Positions 1-4,030 of a stretch of DNA of 4,030 bases are shown here, one piece after another. Position 1 is the first letter of the stretch, and each line of letters begins with the position of its first letter. The DNA comes from a virus. Its lineage: Duplodnaviria; Heunggongvirae; Uroviricota; Caudoviricetes. The stretch lies in IMG/VR virus record IMGVR_UViG_2671180878_000023. One strand, 5' to 3'. The notes below the pieces were generated by a model, which made no database searches, had not been told where the DNA came from, and worked only from the letters and a program-made list of their open reading frames with translations. A program made the position numbers and the translations under genes.

Positions 1-11
1 CCGGCAGCATA

Positions 12-49
12 ATAAAAAAAGCCAGCGCCCACTCTGAAGGACGCTGGCT
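12..49 (-). terminator. Rho-independent terminator oriented on the minus strand
   Basis: Seen in sequence: 8-bp arms AGCCAGCG (20-27) and CGCTGGCT (42-49) around a 14-nt loop. On the + strand an A-run (12-20) precedes the stem, so on the minus strand the hairpin is followed by TTTTTTTATT. No U-run follows it on the + strand. Confidence 0.45.
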
Positions 50-119
50 AAAACGGGTAGATGTACTTCACATGATACTTATATTTGGCAGTACATTTTC
101 TGACAGACAGTGACGGATG

Positions 120-146
120 TTGTCAAGATATTGTGTCATTTATAAC
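120..146 (+). promoter_or_regulatory. Candidate sigma70 late promoter (pR'-like) upstream of the holin
   Basis: TTGTCA (120-125) and TATAAC (141-146) with a short 15-nt spacer, followed by a G-rich initial transcribed region and then the terminator at 195-229. Position matches the pR'-then-tR' arrangement of lambdoid late regions. Hexamers picked by eye; spacer is suboptimal. Confidence 0.25.
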
Positions 147-194
147 CTGAACCAGGGGGGGCGGAATGTTATCTGGCATTTTTAGCAGAAGTTG

Positions 195-229
195 GCCGTC
201 AGTGGGTGACACTGGCGGCTTTTTGTTTT
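195..229 (+). terminator. Strong rho-independent terminator, tR'-like, directly upstream of the holin
   Basis: Seen in sequence: 10-bp stem GCCGTCAGTG (195-204) / CACTGGCGGC (210-219) with one G-U wobble, 5-nt loop GGTGA, then TTTTTGTTTT (220-229). Lies 46 nt upstream of the holin ATG, where lambdoid phages place tR' (read through only under Q antitermination). Confidence 0.6.
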
Positions 230-274
230 CCTTTACTTTCATTTTCTGTCGGCGGTGACGGAGACATACATCAG

Positions 275-481
275 ATGGAAAAAATCACAACAGGTGTGTC
301 ATACACCACGTCAGCGGTAGGGACGGGATACTGGTTACTGCAACTGCTGGACAAAGTCTCTCCGTCCCAGTGGGTGGCAATAGGTGTGCTGGGGAGTCTG
401 CTGTTTGGCCTGCTGACGTATCTGACTAACCTTTATTTCAAGATTAAAGAAGATAAGCGTAAGGTGGCGCGGGGAGAGTAG
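275..481 (+). CDS. S: Class II holin, pinholin of the phage 21 S21 family (68 aa)
   Basis: Translation [68 protein letters not shown] matches S21 pinholin in length and sequence as I recall it. Weakly hydrophobic Gly/Ala/Ser-rich TMD1, hydrophobic TMD2, charged C-terminal tail. GGAG at 260-263 sits 11 nt upstream of ATG 275. The track ORF 206-481 is an in-frame GTG extension with no better start. Confidence 0.9.
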   Translation: MEKITTGVSYTTSAVGTGYWLLQLLDKVSPSQWVAIGVLGSLLFGLLTYLTNLYFKIKEDKRKVARGE

Positions 482-736
482 TCGATGAATAAACAATACG
501 AACTGGTTGTAAAATGAATATTTCTAACTGAAAAAACGTTCCATGAGGTGAGAAAAGGTCACAGGCAATCAATAACAGGACGTGATGAAAGACCCTTGCA
601 TTTGTGCGCTTTCTCTTTAGATAGCAGCAGATACTGAAAATCTGAGTTGTCGGGGAGTCAGGGATACAGCTGTGCAAGAGTTGGTCATTGTGATTCCATT
701 GAAATCCTGTATGCCATGAAGGGCAGGATTTTATGG

Positions 737-1051
737 CTACCTGAGCTTTGGTGATAGTAAGTTGAAAATTCGCATTTTTTGCTGACATGCGTAACGAGAA
801 TCCCATAAGCAGGGAGGACTTAATTCTTCATTAACCCATGCGTTGATATTATGTTTCAGCCGTTGAAGCATCAGCGGTGTTAATGTTGTGGTAATAATAT
901 CCAGCGTTTTATGTGAGATCTTACCGTAAGGGTCTGCAAGAATGCTGCTTGTTGCTTCGTTATTATCTGCCATCAGAAGAAGTAACTCTGATTTAACGTT
1001 TTCTGTCATTAGTTGTAAAAATCTTCTGCGCAAACTTTCTTTACTGTTCAT
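737..1051 (-). CDS. Hypothetical protein (104 aa) on the opposite strand, inside an AT-rich insert between holin and endolysin; function unknown
   Basis: Only substantial ORF in the 687-bp holin-endolysin gap (482-1168); no + strand ORF of 60 aa or more there. Insert is about 37-40 percent GC against roughly 50 percent or more in the lysis genes. Codon usage is AT-biased (TTA, CTA, AGG). Shine-Dalgarno is weak (GAAG about 10 nt upstream). I recognise no family. C-terminal 25 residues look less protein-like. Confidence 0.5.
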   Translation of the reverse strand: MNSKESLRRRFLQLMTENVKSELLLLMADNNEATSSILADPYGKISHKTLDIITTTLTPLMLQRLKHNINAWVNEELSPPCLWDSRYACQQKMRIFNLLSPKLR

Positions 1052-1111
1052 TTATATGGCTTCATTTGTTGTAATCTGCTGCGTCTCAAGGGATATGTTT
1101 ATGAGAGCGAC

Positions 1112-1140
1112 CATGAGTGTTGGATTATATACCTAACATA
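1112..1140 (-). promoter_or_regulatory. Candidate promoter for the minus-strand ORF 737-1051
   Basis: On the minus strand a perfect TATAAT (+ strand coordinates 1124-1129) lies about 70 nt upstream of the ORF start, with only a weak -35 (TTCTAA-like). By eye only. Confidence 0.2.
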
Positions 1141-1144
1141 TCAA

Positions 1145-1167
1145 GGGATTAGAAATCGATAAATCCC
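1145..1167 (+). promoter_or_regulatory. Hairpin immediately abutting the endolysin start codon
   Basis: Seen in sequence: GGGATT (1145-1150) and AATCCC (1162-1167) form a 6-bp stem around an 11-nt loop containing palindromic ATCGAT. The 3' arm ends 1 nt before ATG 1169. The only SD-like sequence (AAGGGA, 1143-1148) is in the 5' arm, about 20 nt from the ATG. Confidence 0.25.
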
Positions 1168-1168
1168 C

Positions 1169-1702
1169 ATGAACGAAAAAATAAAATACGGCCTGTCGGC
1201 TGCCGTTCTGGCGCTGATTGGTGCAGGTGCTTCTGCGCCTGAAATCCTCGACCAGTTTCTGGATGAAAAGGAAGGTAACCACACCACGGCATACCGTGAT
1301 GGTGCGGGGATCTGGACCATCTGCCGTGGTGCCATTCTGGTGGATGGTAAGCCTGTTATTCCTGGCATGAAGCTGTCAAAGGAAAAATGCGACCGGGTTA
1401 ATGCCATCGAACGTGACAAGGCGCTGGCATGGGTGGAGAAAAACATCAAAGTGCCGCTGACCGAACCCCAGAAAGCGGGGATCGCGTCATTCTGTCCGTA
1501 TAACATTGGCCCCGGTAAGTGTTTCCCGTCGACGTTTTATAAACGAATTAATGCAGGTGATCGAAAAGGTGCCTGCGAAGCGATTCGCTGGTGGATTAAG
1601 GACGGTGGCAGAGACTGCCGTATCCGCTCAAATAATTGCTACGGTCAGGTATCCCGGCGAGATCAGGAAAGTGCGCTGGCGTGCTGGGGTATCGACAGAT
1701 AA
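1169..1702 (+). CDS. R: SAR endolysin, T4-lysozyme-like muramidase (GH24), phage 21 R21-like, 177 aa
   Basis: N-terminal Gly/Ala-rich weakly hydrophobic segment YGLSAAVLALIGAGASAPEIL is typical of a signal-anchor-release domain. Catalytic spacing E-x8-D-x5-T is present (EGNHTTAYRDGAGIWT), as in T4 lysozyme and R21. C-terminal part resembles R21 (RINAGDRKGACEAIRWW versus KINQGDIKGACDQLRRW as recalled). An in-frame stop lies 9 nt upstream of the ATG. Confidence 0.93.
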   Translation: MNEKIKYGLSAAVLALIGAGASAPEILDQFLDEKEGNHTTAYRDGAGIWTICRGAILVDGKPVIPGMKLSKEKCDRVNAIERDKALAWVEKNIKVPLTEPQKAGIASFCPYNIGPGKCFPSTFYKRINAGDRKGACEAIRWWIKDGGRDCRIRSNNCYGQVSRRDQESALACWGIDR

Positions 1703-1791
1703 GCAGAATATTTTGCTTAAAAATGACGTTGGCCAACGCGGGCAGATAACACGAAATCCTGCGAACTGGCAAAACCCAAGTGAATAAAAGT

Positions 1792-1830
1792 AAAAACCCC
1801 GTTTGTTGGTTGCAAACGGGGTTTTATGTT
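1792..1830 (+). terminator. Intrinsic terminator (possibly bidirectional) between endolysin and spanin genes
   Basis: Seen in sequence: perfect 9-bp stem CCCCGTTTG (1797-1805) / CAAACGGGG (1813-1821), 7-nt loop, A-run upstream (1792-1796), TTTTATGTTT downstream (1822-1831). Confidence 0.6.
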
Positions 1831-1896
1831 TATGGCAGTAAGCTATGGGAGGCTGCCTTGATTGATTTTAGCAAACTGATTAGGGAGTTGCGACTC

Positions 1897-1971
1897 ATGA
1901 TTAGTCAATTACCAAACTGGAAATTTTTGCTGGTCTGGAGCATCCCTTTTTTATGGGTAGTATCCCAGTGA
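1897..1971 (+). CDS. Candidate small ORF, 24-aa Trp-rich hydrophobic peptide [24 protein letters not shown]
   Basis: ATG at 1897 preceded by AGGGAG (1882-1887) with 9-nt spacing. Very hydrophobic, 4 Trp in 24 residues. Not in the ORF track because it is short. It is the internal Met of the track ORF 1780-1971, whose GTG-started upstream part runs through the terminator hairpin. Confidence 0.25.
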   Translation: MISQLPNWKFLLVWSIPFLWVVSQ

Positions 1972-1994
1972 ATTGTGGCAATTAAGGGGTAGCT

Positions 1995-2126
1995 ATGTCA
2001 GACAAACTCATAATGCTGGCGAAGATCCTCTGTGTAATCGTCGGCATTTCATTTTCACTAATGCTGGTTGCTCTTTTTCTTTCCATGGGCTGGATGATGT
2101 TGTCTTCGTCGGGGCTGCTGGGGTGA
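1995..2126 (+). CDS. Candidate small single-pass membrane protein, 43 aa ([43 protein letters not shown])
   Basis: ATG at 1995 preceded by AAGGGG (1984-1989) with 5-nt spacing. One clear hydrophobic helix (about residues 7-30). Its TGA (2124-2126) overlaps an in-frame GTG (2123-2125) of the Rz frame and ends 12 nt before Rz ATG 2138, suggesting translational coupling. Not in the ORF track (short). No family recognised. Confidence 0.45.
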   Translation: MSDKLIMLAKILCVIVGISFSLMLVALFLSMGWMMLSSSGLLG

Positions 2127-2137
2127 GCATAAACCGA

Positions 2138-2596
2138 ATGCTTTCCGCGTTTACCGTTATTCTGCTGGTGGTCTGTGGTGCGCTTAGTCTGGGGCTGAAT
2201 CATTACCGCGATAACGCCATCACCTACAAAGCGCAGCGCGATAAAAAAGCCAGTGAGCTGGATCTGGCAAACGCAACCATTACTGATATGCAGGTGCGCC
2301 AGCGCGATGTTGCTGCGCTCGATGCAAAATACTCGAGGGAATTAGCCGATGCGAGAGCTGAAAATGAAACTCTGCGTGCTGATGTTGCCGCTGGTCGTAA
2401 GCGCCTGCGGATCAACGCCACCTGCCCCGGTACCGTGCGTGAAGCCACCGGCACCTCCGGCGTGGGCAATGATGCCGCCGTCGAACTCTCTCCGGTTGCT
2501 GGACGAAACGTTCTCGGTATCAGAGACGGAATCATCAGCGACCAGGCAGCATTGAGAATGCTTCAGGAATATATCCGCACTCAGTGTATTAACTAG
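2138..2596 (+). CDS. Rz: i-spanin Rz (inner-membrane spanin subunit), lambda Rz homolog
   Basis: From Met 2138: [36 protein letters not shown]...[29 protein letters not shown]...QCIN. N-terminal TMD then [16 protein letters not shown], a coiled-coil region, and a C-terminal Cys, all closely matching lambda Rz as recalled. Alternative start GTG 2123 would add a short basic cytoplasmic tail (SINR) like lambda's MSRVT. The track ORF 1973-2596 is an upstream extension with no homology. Confidence 0.92.
   Translation: MLSAFTVILLVVCGALSLGLNHYRDNAITYKAQRDKKASELDLANATITDMQVRQRDVAALDAKYSRELADARAENETLRADVAAGRKRLRINATCPGTVREATGTSGVGNDAAVELSPVAGRNVLGIRDGIISDQAALRMLQEYIRTQCIN
2349..2555 (+). CDS. Rz1: o-spanin Rz1 (outer-membrane lipoprotein spanin subunit), embedded in the +1 frame of Rz
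   Basis: [44 protein letters not shown]... has a signal peptide with lipobox VSAC and a proline-rich mature region, matching lambda Rz1 (MLKLKMMLCVMMLPLVVVGC...CVKPPPPPAW as recalled). Lies wholly inside Rz in another frame. GAGGGA sits 8 nt upstream of ATG 2349; Met at 2364 is an alternative start. Confidence 0.85.
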   Translation: MRELKMKLCVLMLPLVVSACGSTPPAPVPCVKPPAPPAWAMMPPSNSLRLLDETFSVSETESSATRQH

Positions 2597-2619
2597 TATT
2601 TTTGTTATTCGGAGAATGC

Positions 2620-2844
2620 ATGAAGAAATTATTGGTAACCGTAAAGCCTTTTCAGGGAACAATTCCGTTCCGTATTTTGCAGCGTGGTCGTGTTCTTGTT
2701 GAAGGTTCGTTCAGTGGTAAATGTACGCAATTACACTCCCGGACCTTTCAGGTGAATGCCACGAATGAAGAGCTAACCGTTGAGTGTACGATGAATGCCG
2801 CTAAATGCCGCATGGTATCCGCTGCATTACAGCCAGTGTGTTGA
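2620..2844 (+). CDS. Hypothetical small protein (74 aa, basic, 4 Cys) directly downstream of Rz; function unknown
   Basis: ATG 2620 preceded by GGAGAA (2611-2616), 23 nt after the Rz stop, same strand. Codon usage looks host-adapted (CGT, GGT, GTT, AAA, GAA). Sequence MKKLLVTVKPFQGTIPFRILQRGRVLVEGSFSGKCTQLHSRTFQVNATNEELTVECTMNAAKCRMVSAALQPVC has no lipobox and no evident TM segment, so it is not a Bor-like lipoprotein. The track start at 2602 is a TTG extension. Confidence 0.55.
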   Translation: MKKLLVTVKPFQGTIPFRILQRGRVLVEGSFSGKCTQLHSRTFQVNATNEELTVECTMNAAKCRMVSAALQPVC

Positions 2845-3105
2845 GCGACCTTATTATTCATGCGCGGTATTGTCGCCGTATTCCTGCATTAACAGAGACC
2901 GCAGCCCGACCGGGAGAATCCTCTGCGCGAGTGTGCGGGGATAATCAAAAACGATACACACCGGGGTTTACCGCGTTAACGGAGCGCGGCGTTGTCCCCT
3001 CATGGTCGCTGGTCCGGTGCGATGGTGGAAGAAGCCGGATGTTTATCACTATTAATTGATAACACAGAAATGGATTCATTGATTTTCAGCACGTTTTTGT
3101 ATTCG

Positions 3106-3149
3106 TATTATTGAACATCTGTTTATTTTACTTTTAACATATTGATAAT
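3106..3149 (+). promoter_or_regulatory. AT-rich candidate promoter region upstream of the 46-aa ORF
   Basis: Region 3060-3200 is very AT-rich and contains several near-consensus hexamers, for example TTGAAC (3111-3116) with TAACAT (3135-3140) at 18-nt spacing, and GATAAT (3144-3149). The exact promoter cannot be fixed by eye. Confidence 0.2.
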
Positions 3150-3200
3150 AAAAAGAGCTGTAAATCTTTAGATGAGTCGATTTTGTCCGGGGAAGTTCAA

Positions 3201-3341
3201 ATGGATTTTATGCTGACGGTTTCTGGTGTGGTTATCCTGTCCATTGCTTATACTGCAGATAAATATGGCTGCCATTTGTTATCACGTATTGGCGCTTATT
3301 GCTCGTTGATGCTGATTTTCTCGTCGCTTTTTTTTGAGTAA
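3201..3341 (+). CDS. Candidate small membrane protein, 46 aa (MDFMLTVSGVVILSIAYTADKYGCHLLSRIGAYCSLMLIFSSLFFE)
   Basis: ATG 3201 preceded by GGGGAAG (3189-3195) with 5-nt spacing. Two hydrophobic segments (about residues 3-17 and 33-45), two Cys, reasonable codon usage. Sits in an AT-rich island (3060-3370) with a promoter-like region upstream. Not in the ORF track (short). No family recognised; it does not resemble Hok as I recall it. Confidence 0.4.
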   Translation: MDFMLTVSGVVILSIAYTADKYGCHLLSRIGAYCSLMLIFSSLFFE

Positions 3342-3470
3342 GTTATATTAATTATAACAAATAATTTTCTGTGTTTTTTCAGGCTATCCCGTCAGACGGG
3401 AAGCCTGTACTGCCGGGGGACGAATGGAAAACTGATGTGTCCGGTAACTGTGTGTTCTGTGAACACCATG

Positions 3471-3656
3471 TTACTTAATTATGTAATTCATACCCGAACG
3501 CTCTGTTGACAGCCTTCTTCTGCAGGCTTCAATAACCCACGCTGAAAAGTTACCGGAACCTTTATGTTCAAGGGCGATATTGAGCTGTTCAATCATGTGA
3601 TTGGGGAAACGGATATTGCGGATTGTGGTTCTGCGGGTCCGGTTTTTCGATGACAT
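3471..3656 (-). CDS. Small ribbon-helix-helix-type DNA-binding protein (61 aa), probably DUF3950 / YlcI-like
   Basis: MSSKNRTRRTTIRNIRFPNHMIEQLNIALEHKGSGNFSAWVIEACRRRL... has a basic N-terminus, a short beta-strand (TIRNIRF) and two helices, the pattern of Arc/MetJ/CopG RHH repressors. Strong SD on the minus strand (GAGGAAAG, 5-6 nt upstream of the ATG). I recall E. coli DLP12 YlcI being very similar, but that is memory, not a search. Confidence 0.8.
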   Translation of the reverse strand: MSSKNRTRRTTIRNIRFPNHMIEQLNIALEHKGSGNFSAWVIEACRRRLSTERSGMNYIIK

Positions 3657-3697
3657 TTTCTTTCCTCTGGTGACAAGCTATATGGAGAGGATTTTAC

Positions 3698-4030
3698 ATG
3701 GCTGTGCTTCGTACGTTACCGGGCAGAATCAAAACTCTGAACACCCGGCGGGTGAATGTCCTGAAGGGTGAACAGCGTCGGGTCAGTGGTAGTGCCCGGG
3801 TTTCCCTCAAGCGTCGTATCTGGCTGAGGGATGCCGGACAGTGCTGTCTCTGTGGGCGTGTGGTTGACCTTTGTGACAGTGAACTTGAGCACCGCATTGC
3901 ACTTCAGTTCGGTGGTGGTAATGAGGAGACGAATCTCTGGACGCTCTGTACCGAATGCCATCGACAAAAGTCTGCTCGTGAAGCGGCGAGTGGTATGCCA
4001 GACCCGACGCTGCCGGAGGTGTCCGGAGGT
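3698..4030 (+). CDS. Phage HNH endonuclease (terminase-associated type), 3' end beyond the window
   Basis: ATG 3698 preceded by GGAGAGG (3684-3690). The frame is open to the window end (111 codons), which is why it is absent from the ORF track. Translation carries the HNH/zinc-finger signature: CCLCGRVVDL...ELEHRIALQFGGGNEETNLWTLCTECHRQK (C-x2-C ... H ... N ... C-x2-C-H). HNH genes of this type sit next to the terminase small subunit and cos in HK97-like phages. Confidence 0.88.
   Translation, partial: MAVLRTLPGRIKTLNTRRVNVLKGEQRRVSGSARVSLKRRIWLRDAGQCCLCGRVVDLCDSELEHRIALQFGGGNEETNLWTLCTECHRQKSAREAASGMPDPTLPEVSGG

Noticed and set aside
485-517. 10-codon ORF (MNKQYELVVK) starting 3 nt after the holin stop
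   Set aside because: Too short to call a gene. It may be a relic of an ancestral holin-endolysin junction displaced by the insert, but that cannot be shown from sequence alone.
444-806. Minus-strand 120-aa ORF from the track
   Set aside because: Overlaps the holin 3' end, has low-complexity Cys/His-rich composition, and competes with the better 737-1051 ORF in another frame; likely a chance ORF.
942-1136. Plus-strand 64-aa ORF from the track
   Set aside because: Antisense to the 737-1051 ORF, no RBS, implausible composition.
1141-1506. Minus-strand 121-aa ORF antisense to the endolysin
   Set aside because: Lies entirely within the well-supported endolysin gene on the opposite strand; no homology signal.
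1506-1787. Plus-strand 93-aa ORF overlapping the endolysin 3' half in another frame
   Set aside because: Alternate-frame overlap of a confidently identified gene; Arg-rich junk-like translation.
1780-1971. Full-length 63-aa track ORF
   Set aside because: Its GTG-started N-terminal part is translated through the terminator hairpin and has no RBS; only the internal 24-codon ORF with a good SD (1897-1971) is kept, as a low-confidence candidate.
1973-2137. N-terminal 55 codons of the 207-aa track ORF, upstream of the Rz start
   Set aside because: Homology to lambda Rz begins only at the TMD (about 2123-2138); the upstream portion overlaps the 43-aa ORF in another frame and looks non-protein-like.
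1982-2662. Three minus-strand track ORFs (1982-2203, 2224-2535, 2342-2662) antisense to Rz/Rz1
   Set aside because: Antisense to confidently identified spanin genes; GC-rich antisense frames commonly stay open by chance.
2805-3059. Plus-strand 84-aa ORF
   Set aside because: Dominated by rare codons, no RBS, overlaps the 74-aa ORF; treated as noncoding.
3380-3466. Hairpins downstream of the 46-aa ORF and abutting the RHH stop (3380-3407 and 3452-3466)
   Set aside because: Neither is followed by a U-run in either orientation, so they are not called as intrinsic terminators; they may still be RNA stability elements.
3663-3691. Inverted repeat TCCTCT/AGAGGA in the RHH-HNH intergenic region as a possible operator
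   Set aside because: The two arms are simply the Shine-Dalgarno sequences of the divergent genes, which are reverse complements by construction; no independent evidence for an operator.
3694-3967. Two minus-strand track ORFs (3694-3897, 3716-3967)
   Set aside because: Antisense to the HNH endonuclease gene, which carries a clear catalytic motif on the + strand.
1-4030. Search for tRNA, CRISPR repeats, IS/transposase ends or integrase
   Set aside because: No tRNA T-loop motifs, no regularly spaced direct repeats, and no transposase-like or integrase-like ORFs were seen in any frame.

Overview
This window reads as the late (lysis) region of a lambdoid, phage-21-like prophage from an enterobacterial host, running into the start of the packaging module. 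All calls are from reading the sequence and from recalled family signatures; no searches were run. Order on the + strand: a tR'-like intrinsic terminator (195-229), a pinholin (275-481), an AT-rich insert carrying one opposite-strand ORF (737-1051), a SAR endolysin (1169-1702), a second intrinsic terminator (1792-1830), two short hydrophobic ORFs missing from the ORF track (1897-1971, 1995-2126), Rz (2138-2596) with embedded Rz1 (2349-2555), an unrecognised 74-aa ORF (2620-2844), a stretch with no convincing coding signal, a 46-aa hydrophobic ORF in an AT-rich island (3201-3341), a minus-strand ribbon-helix-helix protein (3471-3656), and a divergent, 3'-truncated HNH endonuclease (3698-4030). 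The holin, endolysin, Rz/Rz1 and HNH calls are well supported. The most interesting part is that the normally compact holin-endolysin-spanin cassette is interrupted twice by accessory DNA; the functions of those inserts are unknown and any role is hypothesis. No tRNA, rRNA, CRISPR array or transposase was seen.
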